A stretch of 64,000 nt of DNA from Octopus vulgaris (GCA_951406725.2 OX597830.1:39370001-39434000), one strand, 5' to 3'; numbered from the stretch's first letter, positions 41,020 through 55,270 are shown. Numbers and translations are program-made. The notes: a model not told the origin generated them from the letters alone.

Positions 41020-41569
41020 ACAGAAGTATAAATGTTTATATATATGTATATACATATCGATAAATACATATATATATATTTATATATGTACATTTGTGTA
41101 TGTGTATATGTGTGCATATACATACATATATATATATATATATATATTGTATGTATATATATATATGTATATATTTATATATATGTATATATATATATAT
41201 ATATGTGTATGTGTGTGTGTGTGTATTATGTATATATATATGTATATATTCGTGAAATATAATAGTTATTAACGATACTTTTGAAGTTATTTGGAGCTTT
41301 CAGCAAGAGAGACATTAACAAAGTGTTGGTCGAATCAATATATTAAAAACATATGAAAAAGAAATAGCCCGAGGTCACTTAAATGCAGGTTACACATATG
41401 ATGACCATCTTCGTTATACGTATCAGAGATAACAGAAATACATTTCAAGTGGAAGGAGAGTAAATAGGAAAGGCTAATTGACGAAACAATCCTTTGTTGG
41501 CAAATATTTTTGCGTCCTACTATTTCTGCTGCAGATAACAAAATAGGAAATGTAACACAAATAATAATA

Positions 41570-42030
41570 ATCATGTGCATGTTTAGTCTTGGCATAGAAG
41601 ACGGGCTACAGCAAATATTCTGCTCAATACCACAGATTTGCTTGTTAGTTGCTTAAACTTAACCAGTTGAGCATGTCCCTTAGTGCCTTATGATATGTGA
41701 ATCCCTGATCATGAACAGTAGTGGGGGAGAATCATAGCTATGTGTTGTGAGGAATTCTTTGTAGTTTGAATAATTCACCTCTGCAAATATGGGTGTTTTG
41801 TTCATCATCCTTAAACAAACCTAATTCAGTGATCTTTTGAGCGGGATGGGCTACTCGACCTGAAGAAAATTCGAACTGGGCCACAACTGTCTATCTTGAT
41901 ATGAGATTACCATGTCGCGCACATATAGTTGTTATGCATGTGCCTGGTGTACCCTTACCAGACGGGTAGTCATGATCAGTATATTGATCTTTGTATATTT
42001 GTACCCCAGTACTGCTCTCTCACTCAATAA
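41570..42030 (+). mobile_element. Unclassified (TAA)n-tailed repeat, copy 1
   Basis: Homologous to 42221-42690; ends ctgctctctcactc-aataat. Confidence 0.8.
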
Positions 42031-42044
42031 TAGTAATAATAATG

Positions 42045-42126
<82 letters not shown>

Positions 42127-42140
42127 TGATGATGATGATA

Positions 42141-42205
<65 letters not shown>

Positions 42206-42220
42206 AATAATGATAATAAT

Positions 42221-42685
42221 AAAAGATGGGCTACAGCAAATATTCTGCTCAATACCACAGATTTGCTTGTCAGTTGTTTGACCTTAACCAGTTGAGCATG
42301 TCCCTTAGTGGCTGACGATATGTGAATCTCTGATCACGAGCAGAAGTAGTGGGGGAGAATCATAGCTATGTGTTGAGAGGAATTCTTTGGGGTTTGAATA
42401 ATTCACCTCTGGAAACATGGGTGGTTCTTTCAACATCCTTAAACAACCCTTATTCAGGGATCTTTTGAGCGGGATGGGCTACTCAACCTGAAGAAAATTC
42501 GAACTGGGCCCCACCTGCAAGGTCATGTGCTGTTTATCTTGATATGAGATTACCATGTCGCGCACATATGGTTGTGATGCATGTGCCTGGTGTACCCTTA
42601 TCAGACGGGTAGTCATGATGGGTATATTGGGCTTCGTATATTTTACCCCAGTGTCACTTTGATGGCATGAACTGCTCTCTCACTC

Positions 42686-42690
<5 letters not shown>
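42221..42690 (+). mobile_element. Unclassified (TAA)n-tailed repeat, copy 2
   Basis: gggctacagcaaatattctgctcaatacc...ctgctctctcactc; (TAA)n on both sides. Confidence 0.8.
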
Positions 42691-42730
<40 letters not shown>

Positions 42731-43103
42731 CCTTTCTATTATAGACACAAGGCCCGAAATTTGGAGGAGAGGGATAGTCTATTACATCGGCCCCAGTACG
42801 CAACTGGAGGATGAAAGGTAAAGTTGACATCGGCGGGATTTGAACTCAAATCAGAGCGATGGGCGAAATACCTATTTCTTTACTACCCACAAGGGGATAA
42901 ACATAGAGGGGACAAACAAGTACAGACAAATGGATTAAGTCGATTACATCGACCTTAATGCGTCACTGGTACTTAATTTATCGACACCGAAAGGATGAAA
43001 GGTAAAGTCGACCCCGGCGGAATTTGAACTCAGAACGCACCGGCGGACGAAATACGGCTACGTATTTCGCCCGGCGTGCTAGCGTTTCTGACAGTTCGCC
43101 GCC

Positions 43104-43105
<2 letters not shown>
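42731..43105 (-). mobile_element. SINE family A, long internally duplicated form, in (TAA)n
   Basis: Two cores separated by the ctatttctttactacccacaagggg module, as in 52215-52612. Confidence 0.9.
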
Positions 43106-43168
<63 letters not shown>

Positions 43169-43220
43169 CCTTTCTATTATAGACACAAGAATTTGGAGGA
43201 GGGGGATAGTCTATTACATC

Positions 43221-45165
43221 TGTCTGTAAGTATGAGATCATGGAGAACCACACTAACTTTGAACAGTGACAATGAATCTCTAAATGCTGGTGATGGAAAA
43301 ATTTCATGTGGCATTTTCCAGGGTGACTCACTATCACCACTCCTCTTCTGTTTAGCCTTAATACCTCTCTCAAAACTGCTCAATGACACGCAGTACGGAT
43401 ATAAAATGTTTGATAAAAATATAAACCATCTCATTTACATGGATGATTTAAAGCTCTTTGCAAAAAATGACCAACAACTCAAGGGCTTACTAGCGATTGT
43501 CAAACAATTCAGTGATGACATCAGAATGCAATTTGGCCTCGATAAATGTGCAAAAGCTACTTTTATCAAAGGAAAAATGACAGAAACATCTAGCGTTAAC
43601 CTTGACCAGCAGAATATCATAAAAGAATTAGACCCAGCGGAGAACTACATGTACCTAGGGGTAATTGAAGGGAACGGAATAAGGCATTCAGAGATGAAGG
43701 AAAGGATCAGGAGAGAATGCTATCGAAGAGTGAGAGCAATACTCAAGACAGAGCTGAATGCGAGAAACAGGATCGAAGCGCGATCAATGCATTAGCCATA
43801 CCAGTCGTGACTTACAGTTTCAATATCGTTAACTGGTCAATTACTGAAATATGTAATCTTGACAGAAAAATACGAAAACTGTTGACAATGCATAGAATGC
43901 ACCACCCTAAGGCAGATACAGAACGACTTTATCTGCCAAGAAAAGAAGGAAGCCGTGGACTTTTACAACTGGCAATAACAATGAAGATTGCTACACTTGG
44001 CCTAGACACCTACCTAAATGTTAAAACTTGTCTCAAAACATGAAAACAAGAAAGCATCATACTCAGTCACAAAACAGGCAAAGGAATATCTAAGTGAATT
44101 CCGAATACAACAAATTTCGGAATTAGAGATGACATACAAGAAACAAGCACAGAAAAAGCTAAGCGCATGAAAACCCGTGCTACATCTGCGGCCTTAGATA
44201 TTCTGAATGATAAATGGCAAGAAAAACTTCTCTATGGCAAATACCCAAAGAGAGCGAATAATGCAGATGTTAACAAAGCCCTGACCCATCAATGGCTAAT
44301 GGCCTCTGGCTTAAAATCTGAAACAGAGGGGTTTATCATAGCAGCTCAAGATCAATGCCTACCAACAAGAAACTATCAGGCCAACATATTAAAGAACGGC
44401 AGTAGCCCAACATGTCATGTATGTCAACAACAAAATGAAACAATTGATCATGTTGTCTCTAAGTGCAGTCTTCTAGAGCCTACAGAGTATCTCAACAGGC
44501 ATGATAGAGCTGCACAATATATTCACTGGGTAATCTGCAAAAACCTGGATTTGCCCCATGAAAAAAAACTGGTGGGAACACAAACTACATCCAGTGCTTG
44601 AAAATGACCACATCTCACTCCTCTGGAACTTTCCCATTCAAACTGACAGAAAGATAGATGCAAATAGGCCAGACATCATATTGAAAGACTTCAGACAAAG
44701 AACATGCCTCCTCATTGATATGACTGTCCCAATCGATATAAACGTATCTGTAAAGAGCTACCAAAAACTGAGCAAATATAAAGATCTTGAAATAGAAATC
44801 AGCAAAATGTGGAACCTGAAGACTAAAACTATACCTGTTGTCATAGGTGCCCTGGGAATGATAGCAAAAGGGGATGATTGCAACCTAACTCAGATACCAG
44901 GAAACCCAAAAATGGCAGAAATTCAAAAGATAATACTCATGGGAACTGCTCATATCCTACGCAAAATACTTTCTATGTAATCTCAAGGTTTAAAACAAAC
45001 AATTTTTTTTGTAGACATCCACAAGTACAACACCAAAAAAAAAACAACCAAATATATGGCACACTAGGCATAACAACAACGTGAACTTCCAACCTGTTGT
45101 CTCTTGAGGTCTCTGGGTGAGACTTGGAGCCAACTTGTACAAATATAAAGCAAAAGTCAAACATA

Positions 45166-45170
<5 letters not shown>
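43221..45170 (+). mobile_element. R4/Dong-clade non-LTR retrotransposon, 5'-truncated, frameshifted
   Basis: GIFQGDSLSPLLF, HLIYMDDLKLF, FGLDKC (RT); CHVC...ETIDHVVSKC knuckle; RHD, NRPDI...LIDMTVP, K..KY.DL (restriction-like endonuclease); 3'UTR ends in (TAA)n. Confidence 0.93.
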
Positions 45171-45606
<436 letters not shown>

Positions 45607-46319
45607 GCAACAACCAAGCAACAACCCATCAGTGGCTGAAGAGTTCAGGATTGAAAGCAGAGACTGAAGGCTTCATACTGGCAGCACAAGGTCAAAGTTT
45701 GTTTACCAGAAGTTACCAGGCTAACGTTCTCCGAAACGGTACTGACCCTAAATGCAGATTCTGCGACACATTTGACGAAACAATAGACCATCTCGTTTCG
45801 GGATGTTCTGTGCTGACACCAAATGAATATAAAAATCGCCACGATAGGGTAGGACAGTATATACATTGGAAGATATGTAAACACTACAAATTCGGCAATT
45901 CTGCTAACTGGTATGAACACCATCCTCAGGCAGTTGTTAAAGGTAAAACTGTCACCATCCTCTGGGATTTTCCAGTCAACACTGACAGAACGATCAAGGC
46001 TAATCGACAAGACATAATTGTTAAAGACAGGGAAGAAAATACCTGCAGACTAATAGAGGTAAGCGTCCCCACTGATAAAAATATATCTGTAAAGGAATTT
46101 GACAAACTTAGTAAATATAAGGACCTGGAAATCGAAATACAAAAGATGTGGAATCTTAAAACCAAAAATGTTCCTGTTATTGTAGGTGCCCTAGGTATGA
46201 TAAAAAAGGGATGTCAGAAACACCTAGACAATATCCCTGGAGAACCATGTCTCAAGGAAATCCAAAAGATTGTGCTAACAAGTACTGCCCACATCCTTAG
46301 AAAAACCCTATCAATGTAA
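45607..46319 (+). mobile_element. Second R4/Dong-clade 3' fragment (distinct subfamily, open frame)
   Basis: HQWLKSSGLKAETEGFILAAQ...CRFC...ETIDHLVSGC...RHD...NRQDI...LIEVSVP...KLSKYKDLEIEI...AHILRKTLSM*. Confidence 0.92.
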
Positions 46320-46320
46320 G

Positions 46321-46435
<115 letters not shown>

Positions 46436-47128
46436 GCATCTCTTGTATAAATATTTATGCATTTTACACACGTATAATATATGAAGCTGCGTTGCTGAGA
46501 ATTTACATTAATGGCCTAACATATAAGGGCGTAGGCCCGATTCCTTCAACAAGGCACTTCATTTCACGCTGTTCCTCTCTAATCAGCTGAAAATGAATAA
46601 CAGGTGATTGGTACTGCATCTCTCTCCACATCGCAGGTGGATCAAGGGCCGGAGGGCTTTGAGGGTGTCTTTGTCTGCTTGCGACTATATAGGAGCCTAA
46701 AACACAACTAGCAACGAAGACGTCGTACAGAATCATTCTCGCTTGCGAGTGACGGCTAAGCTTAGTAAGTATGTGTATATAAGTGTTTGTCAGTATGTGT
46801 GTTTGCACATGTATGGATACGTAGATATAGGTATGAACATATAGATATGTATGTGTATAAGCATGTATGTATTGGTCCTTTTCTCTCTCTCTACACACAC
46901 ACATACTCACACACATACACACACACACATATATTCTTATGACCGGCAATGGTCATAGAATCATGAAGTTGCAGAAGCTGTCGGCTTACGAGTGTTTTTG
47001 GATATTGGTTTTTTTTTCTAATGACGTAAGATTTTTGTATACAATGACGTAACATCTCCGTTAATTAATTGAAAACTCGTTGGAAACAACTGTAGTGGAT
47101 TTACACATTATCTATCTTTTGTTATATG

Positions 47129-47176
<48 letters not shown>

Positions 47177-47384
47177 CATATATATATACGTACATACATA
47201 CATACATACATACATACATACATACATACATACATACATACATACATACATACATACGTACATATAAGAAGGATGACCCTATCTATGTAATATAATTTAC
47301 CTGAATCTGCAGATTTTTCTATATGCTAGACCACTGGTTTTAAATTGATATTAATCAAATTAATATTCAATTTTTCACCCTTAG

Positions 47385-47615
47385 GCTGGTTTTAGCCAGC
47401 GAAAAATTGCCGAAAATCTTCAAATTCCTCTTGCTACTGTTAATAGAATTATAGTGCAATTCAAAAACCAAGGAAAAGAATCAACAGGTTCTCGTCCCGT
47501 CCGACCTGGGCCCTCGGAAAGGAAGCTTCGCTGTTTGAAGAGAATTGTGGAAGACGAACCCCGTTCGAAGGCTTCTGAAATTGCAAAACAGCTAGAAGTT
47601 AGTCCAAGAGGACAT
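47385..47615 (+). pseudogene. Tc1-like transposase N-terminal (paired-like HTH) remnant
   Basis: [26 protein letters not shown]...SRPVRP...[20 protein letters not shown]. Confidence 0.75.
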
Positions 47616-47669
47616 CCACGTGGTATTTTGCCTAGCAAGAAATAACCGCCAAATTTCCAGCAAATCATA

Positions 47670-48105
47670 TCTTACTCTTTTACTCTTTTACTTGTTTCAG
47701 TCATTTGACTGCAGCCATGCTGGAGCACCGCCATCAGGCGAGCAAATCGACCCCAGGACTTATTCTTTGTAAGCCTAGTACTTATTCTATCGTTCTCCTT
47801 TGCCGAACCGCTAAGTTACGGGGACGTAAACACCAGCATCGGTTGTCAAGCGATGTTGTGGGGACAAACACACACACACAAACATATACACACACATACA
47901 TATATATACATATATACGACAGCCTTTTTCAGTTTCCATCTACCAAATCCACTCACTAGGCTTTGGTGGGTCCGAGGCTATAGTAGAAGACACTTGCCGA
48001 AGATGCCACAGAGTGGAACCTTAGACAAGTTTCTTCTACTATAGCCTGTATATACTATACCATGTGGTTCGTAAGCTAGCTACTTACCACACAGCCATTC
48101 CTACG

Positions 48106-48110
<5 letters not shown>
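47670..48110 (-). mobile_element. SINE family B
   Basis: tactcttttacttgtttcagtcatttgactg tail to ttaccacacagcca head. Confidence 0.9.
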
Positions 48111-48142
<32 letters not shown>

Positions 48143-48560
48143 TCACAGAGTCATACAAATACTCGCGCACACACGCACACACATACAAACACTAGTGGTA
48201 TTGTAAAGTAGTGATACGGTATTATATTTTATTGATCTGACACAGCTAAGCTTTTATTTGATTTATTTGGTTGTGTTAGATTGAAAGGTAAACATCTGAA
48301 CTATGCCATTTCAAAAACATAAAAACAAATAAAATCGCTTTTATATTTTTATTATTATAGGCTGATTAGAATGTGCTTCAGTCGTGTTTACATCCAAATT
48401 CATGATGTTGCGTTTTGATTTGCAGACTCAATAAATTTGCCCATAATATGCATGAGAAAACCTAATGGCTTTATTTTTCTAGAGTAGGTATTCGTTTCAG
48501 AGTTTGTTGTTTTAACTTGACTATGACGCTATGTGTATATACATACGTATGGACATACAG

Positions 48561-48669
<109 letters not shown>

Positions 48670-48746
48670 TAGATATAAAGAGAGAGACCACTACTTTACA
48701 AATCCGGTGTTTATGAACGTGTGTGTGTATGTGTGTAGTTATATAA

Positions 48747-48785
<39 letters not shown>

Positions 48786-48947
48786 ACAATGAGAATGAGT
48801 GCTCAACACCGCACTGCTGGATAAAATTTCTTTATTTGTATATTAAGGCTACCATTTGTTTCGTGTTACGAAAAATATCTTGATATCTTAATTTTTCAAG
48901 CTGATTCCATGGAGGAATGGTGTTCGTCTCCATTTTGGTTATATATA

Positions 48948-49345
48948 TACTCTTTTACTCTTTTACTTGTTTCAGTCATGTGACTGTGGCCATGCTGGAG
49001 CACCGCCTTTAGTAGAGCAGATCGAACGCAGGACTTATTCTTTGTAAGCCTAGTATTTATTCTATTGGTCTTTTTTGCCGAACCGCAATGTTACACACCA
49101 ACATCGATTGTCATGCGATGTTGGGGGGGACAAACACAAACATACAAACATATACACACACATACATACATACATATATATATAGGCCGGGCTTCTTTCA
49201 GTTTCCATCTACCAAATCCACTCACAAGGCTTTGGTCGGCCGAGACTATAGTAGAAGACACTTGCCCAAGGTGCCACGCAGTGGGCTGAAGGAACCATGT
49301 GGCTCGTAAGCAAGCTACTTACCACACAGCCACTCCTACGCCTAT
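48948..49345 (-). mobile_element. SINE family B
   Basis: Same tail-to-head match as 47670-48110. Confidence 0.9.
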
Positions 49346-49381
49346 ATATATATATATATATATATTTATTTATTATATAGA

Positions 49382-49540
49382 AGGAGTACAGGACTAGTAC
49401 CATTCAAGAAATCTTCAGGAAGCTATTTAACAAGAATTGTAAGCATTTATACATTTAGCTAAATGTATAAATGCTAATACAATTCTTGTTAAATACTTCC
49501 TGAAGATTTCTCTTGAATGAAACAGTACTAGTCCACTCCT
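49382..49540. repeat. Loop-less palindrome (centre 49458/49459) with hammerhead remnant
   Basis: ...tatacatttag|ctaaatgtata...; right arm has CTGAAGA (49500) and GAAAC (49519); (TA)n on both sides. Confidence 0.85.
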
Positions 49541-49578
49541 ACGTACCTTACTTACTGTGGTTAACCCCGAATCAACCC

Positions 49579-49645
<67 letters not shown>

Positions 49646-49650
<5 letters not shown>

Positions 49651-49958
49651 TGTTGTTGTTTGTTCCTTCTCGAGCCACGCTTGTCTCATAGGGGCCGGTT
49701 TCCCGGTTTCCTTGGCGTATAGGTTCCCCACCTGGACGGTACGCCGGTCCGTCGCAGGTGAGCTGCAAGATGCAGGAGGAAAGAGCGAGAGAGTGTTGTG
49801 GCGAAATAGTCAGCAGAAGTTTGCCATTACCTTCTGTCGGAGCCGCGTGGAGCTTAGGTGTTTGCTCATAAACACACACATCGCCCAGTCTGAGATTCGA
49901 ACCCGCGATCCTCGACCGCGAGTCCGCTGCTCTAACCACTTGGCCATGTACCTCCACG
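49646..49958 (-). mobile_element. SINE family D (tRNA head, V-domain-like 3' part, (AAC)n tail)
   Basis: tggccaagtggttagagcagcggactc...gggttcgaatc; cctgcgacggaccggcgtaccgtccagg. Confidence 0.85.
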
Positions 49959-51072
49959 AAGAGAGAGATATCAGACATGAAATCAAATTTTTGCTTATTC
50001 TTAAATTACATATTGGATTGTGTCGAAATGTATGTATCTAGTTAGATAAGCTGGTGAGTAAAGCTGTGCAGTGTACGTGTGGAATAAAGATTATACTTTG
50101 CTCATTCTCCACAAATTAATCCTTTACATTCACAATAATAGCGGTTAACGACCTTAGTCCTAGCTTTTATGAATTGTAGCGATTTTCTACCTTTGATCTC
50201 TCATTTGGTGATGTCTTTCTATAATGTAATCTTTTGTTCATTAGTTTCCATAATATAATCTCTCTAAATATAATGCTCGGCAAATTTGATGTAATTAACG
50301 GCAAGCTTCTTTTTGTTGTGGGGAGCAACCTTCTGTTAAGTCTTTCTCTGGCCAACGACCTGCTTTTCAATATCGAATTAGTTCTAATGCTCCAAAATCT
50401 TACCAGTAAATTTCTAGCATATTCGACCGTAACCGTTTTGCTTCTCTCCGTTTTTATTTTGTGATGGCAACATTTTGCGATAACTGCAGCGTGCACAACA
50501 CAAACGAGAAATTTTGAATATTGTTTTTTTCTTGCCGATGAATACTATTGTTAACGTAAGAAGCCGAATCATAAGACCGCTAAACAGATATTTGATCCCT
50601 GTAACATAATGCAATAAGTTGTTCCCTTGATTATTCGTTCTGGATAAGAGGTTTCAAGCAACAACAACGGTGAAACGTACGTAGGAAGCAAACTATGTAA
50701 ATTTATATGTATAATAATTTCTCATACATTTACTCTAAATATTATGACCGTTAAATACATATATACTGTAAACTTTGAGGTAAAAGTCGATCATTTTAAA
50801 CCTGAAAAATCTCTCCAAATCAAGAATTCATCTTATACGACAAGGAATGAGAAGCGAACTTTTAACAGTGTGGTCAACCAAGGGAAGAGAACTCCTATCA
50901 GTCGTTGAACACCATTTACAGACTGTTACAAATATTTCCGACTAAAACTCGTGTTTGGTGAACCTAAGTAATATTTCAACATTGAGTTTAATATAAAACA
51001 ATTGTTTCAAATTTAGACACAAGTCCAGCAACTTAAAAAGTCGATTAACCCGTGAGTACGAACACATATAAT

Positions 51073-51290
51073 TCTTTCTACTATAGGTACAGGGCCTGAG
51101 ATTTGAGGAGAGAACATAGTAAATTACATCGAACCCAGTACGTAACTGGTACTTATTTTATCACCCCCACCCCCTAAAGGATGCAAGGCAAAGTCGACCT
51201 CGGCGGAATTTGATCTCAGAACGTGAAGGCAGACAAAATACCGCTAAGCATTTCGCCCGACGTGCTAACGATTCTGCCAGCGCGCCACCT
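51073..51290 (-). mobile_element. SINE family A
   Basis: Core and head in reverse complement. Confidence 0.88.
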
Positions 51291-51371
51291 TGTACAAACA
51301 CATATAATGATTTTTATTACAATCACATATTCCTGCAAATGAGGTATTTGTGTGTGTGTGTTTGTGTGTGT

Positions 51372-51447
<76 letters not shown>

Positions 51448-51617
51448 TGGGGTATTCCGTAAATACCACTATGAATAATTATGATAATTATTCTTTTCAG
51501 AATATTATTTGCAATTTGGGCACAAACTCCCAAGAATATTCGCCACACTCGACCTAGGGTAACAATACATCTATCGGTTTGTTTTAGGTTTTCTTGCTAT
51601 TCATTATAAACAATTAT

Positions 51618-52033
51618 AGGCGCAGGAGTGGCTGTGTGGTAAGTAGCTTGCTTACGAACCACATGGTTCCGGGTTCAGTCCCACTGCGTGGCAACTTGGG
51701 CTAGTCTCTTCTACTATAGGCCTCGAGCCGACCAAAGCCTTGTGAGTGGATTTGGTAGACGGAAACTGAAAGAATCCCATCGTATATATGTATATATATA
51801 TATATGTGTGTGTGTGTGTATGTGTGTGTGTTTAAGTGTCTGTGTTTGCCCCCCCCCCCCCCAACATCGCTTACTAGTGTGTTTACGTCCTCGTAACTTA
51901 GCGGTTCGGCAAAAGAGACCGATAGAATAAGTACTAGGCTTACAAAGAATAAGTCCTGCGGTCGATTTGCTCGACTAAAGGTGGTGCTCCAGCATGGCCA
52001 CAGTCAAATGACTGAAACAAAAGAGTAAAAGAA
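51618..52033 (+). mobile_element. SINE family B, near full length
   Basis: tRNA-like head (tggctgtgtggtaag; gggttcagtccc), internal TA/TG tract, stem-loop tail cagtca-aa-tgactg + aaaagagt. Confidence 0.92.
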
Positions 52034-52214
52034 TCCATTCAGACAAATGAATTACAGTTACTCTCTCGATTTAAGTGGTAGGCTTTATCATATCCTTTTG
52101 CCACAGATTACCAGAGTCTATTCTGATTTAGGTCTTATTTTTGGCTTCCCAGTAGCTTTCTGTATATGTGGGGCTTGACCTATACGTCATTTATAAACCT
52201 AACCCAGAATTTTA

Positions 52215-52612
52215 AGGCAGCGAGCTGGTAGAAACGTTAGCACGTCGGGTGAAATGCTTAGCCGTGTTTCGTCTGTTTTTACGTTCTGAGTTCAAATTCC
52301 GCTCTGAGTTCAAATTCCTATCATCCTTTCGGGGTCGATAAATTAAGTACCAATTACGCACTGCGGTCGATGTAATCGACTTAATCCGTTTGACTGTCCT
52401 TGTTTGTCCTCTCTGCGTTTAGCCCCTTGTGTGTAGTAAAAAAAATAGGTATTTCGTCTGCCGCTACGTTCTGAGTTCAAATTCCGCCGAGGTCGACTTT
52501 GCCTTTCATCCTTTCGGGGTCGATAAATTAAGTACCAGTTGCGTACTGGGATCGAGCTAATCGACTGGCCCCCTCCCCCAAAATTTTGGGCCTTGTGCCT
52601 AGAGTAGAAAAG
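52215..52612 (+). mobile_element. SINE family A, long internally duplicated form
   Basis: Head + core + spacer module + second core + ccttgtgcctagagtagaaaag tail. Confidence 0.92.
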
Positions 52613-52851
52613 ACCTAACTCAGAATCTAAGTCTAAAAGTCATGAGGTCGACTTGTACACTACAATTTTCCGAATTTATTTTAGAGCGTATAAATCATGA
52701 TTTGTTTTTCTGTGTTGGATAGTTTGCATTAACTTCTAAATTTTAGTATTTTATATACATGTTTACATGTATGTGTGTGTGCATGTGCGCGTTAGGGTGT
52801 TTGGCATACATTGATAAAGTCATGGGTTCAAATCATGAACTAGATAGAGTG

Positions 52852-53050
52852 TAGGCACAAGGCCCAAAATTTTGGAGGAGGGGGCCAGTCGATTAGCTCG
52901 ATCCCAGTACGCAACTGGTACTTAATTTATCGACCCCGAAAGGATGAAAGGCAAAGTCAACCTCGGCGGAATTTGAACTCAGAACGTAGCGTCAGACGAA
53001 ATACCTATTTTTTTTTACTACCCACAAGGGGCTAAACACAGAGAGGACAA
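52852..53050 (-). mobile_element. SINE family A 3' half, inverted near-identical partner of 52404-52601
   Basis: Reverse complement matches, including unusual variants. Confidence 0.92.
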
Positions 53051-54161
53051 GATGCTTCATTTCCCGTTGTTCCAGTCTACTCGCCCGGAATTTAGTACAA
53101 TCCTCGTACTGGCGTATCCCTTTCTCCTTCCATTTGTCATATCCTTGATGTTCTGTTGGTCTAAAATGTTGGAGAAGCACGAGGGTGTCTATCCTTATTG
53201 GCTAAACATAGGTACCTAAAATCAATTAGCAAAAGATTGGTGCCTGTTGCCATTTAATACTCGCTCACGCGTAACGGCTATGGTTTTGACATTATGTGTG
53301 TATAGGTGTGTTTATGCGTGGGCAGAACTTGAAAGTAATACGTTTACAAGTGTTTCTAAAAGAAAGAAATGCAAGCAATGCTTCTGTGTATATCTATTTT
53401 AATGTTTGCGTATATATTTATTGTGTTTTTTGTTTATTTAGAGACCGTAACTATAAAAAAAAAAAACATTCTAAACACTGATATACTGAATTACTCACGG
53501 TTAAATAAATCTTTTATTTTTTTTTTTTTTAACAAAAACTAAAAGTGCTCGAAAAAACAAAACAGTTTATGATTGGTTCGTGATCTACCGGTGCTGATTT
53601 TGTAAGAGTAAAAAAAAAAAATTCGGAACAAACATAATCCGTATCGAGGTTTATTACAGCGTAAAGATTTCCTTTTCCCTGTGTTTACCATACTCGTTAC
53701 TTTTTTTTTTCTTCTCTTTCTGTTTCATCGTATTTTGTGGTCAGTAACAGCAAAAATCCCTTGCAACAATATTTGCCAGTAAAGGATTATTTAGTCAATT
53801 AACCTTTTATATTTACTCTCATTCATCTTGTAGCGTATTTCGTTGATATCCAACATTAAAAGATGGTCTTCTCATGTGTGACCTGTATTTAAATGATCTG
53901 GTGCTGTTTAATTTTTCTCTTTTTCCATTTTCATCCAATCAAACACGTTGTTTGTCTCTGTGGTTTAAATGCTTCAGTTACTTCAAAAGTATCATTTAAT
54001 CCCAGCATAAGCCTTCGCCAATATATAAAACGGTAAACAAACACACCTATATACAAACACACACTGATTCTTATACAATCACACACACATATATATATAC
54101 ATACATACACATACATACATACACACACACACATACATACATACACACACACACATACACA

Positions 54162-54255
<94 letters not shown>

Positions 54256-54330
54256 TGCACTTGCAAAGTGTCTTTAATGAACGCATAATCGTAGTACACG
54301 CGCACAAATACACACACACACACACACACA

Positions 54331-54369
<39 letters not shown>

Positions 54370-54853
54370 GCAAAAGTTTAAATATACACAAATGCTGACC
54401 GAGTTATAACCAAGCGAATGATCGAACCTGCTAAAAGTAACACACCTATTAACACATACCGTAGCTTTCGGTCTTAGAAAAGAGTGTAACATATTATGAT
54501 CTCCTGATTTCATTATCCCAGGAAATTGACGTGATAGTCATAGCTTGAATGCTTTGATCTAGTATTTTGGTCAATCAGAGTTGACCTTGGGCTAAATGAG
54601 TGCAACAATAAAGCAACCGCAAAGAAGGATATTGAAATACAAACACAGTTCCTCATCGACAAGTTCAAATAATATAAACTCTAGGCGAGAAAATTTACCA
54701 ATGAAGAGACGTAGAAAGTAGACCAAAGAACGCCCACCGCTTTCTTGTGTTATTGGGTTTCTTTTCGTGTGAATTAGCCAGTTGGATGGAACTGCCCTTC
54801 TTTGTGCCTCCTGCAGCGAGATTGATTCATCCGGTATCTCAGATAAAAATTTG

Positions 54854-55270
54854 GGATCTTTTCGGTTTGAACGGCAGTTTTTAACATAATTACTAGGTAA
54901 CTAAAAAAATCTAAACTTCGTATACTGGTTGAATGTGTTTTTAAAACATCTTTTTCTCTTGGCTTTATTGAGAAAATTCTATAGGTTGTGACATATTTCG
55001 TCAAAAATGTCTTGCATTTCGGCAATTTCAACCAATCAATGACCGTCTATTGAGGTGAAAACATTCTGTGCCGTATGAATATGTCCCTCGTTTAATATAA
55101 CAGATTGGGTTTATTTACATTTGTGAAGAAAAAAAGATACCCTTCCCCCACCCCTAACCCTAACTAACCCTAAATCTAAAATAGATTGAAATGCAATAGA
55201 TCGATACTAGGGTCATAATAATGGGTGACAATTTCATATGACACCGCTAGAAAAACGGCAGAAAAGATCC
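54854..55270. mobile_element. MITE-like element with internal (CCCTAA)n
   Basis: TIR ggatcttttc / gaaaagatcc, inner gcagttttt / aaaaacggc, aaattt on both flanks; ccctaaccctaactaaccctaa at ~55151. Confidence 0.65.

Noticed and set aside
50167-50496. 109-aa non-repetitive ORF
   Set aside because: No recognisable motif or splice context; length expected by chance.
55151-55172. True telomere or chromosome-fusion scar
   Set aside because: Only about three imperfect units, embedded in a TIR element.
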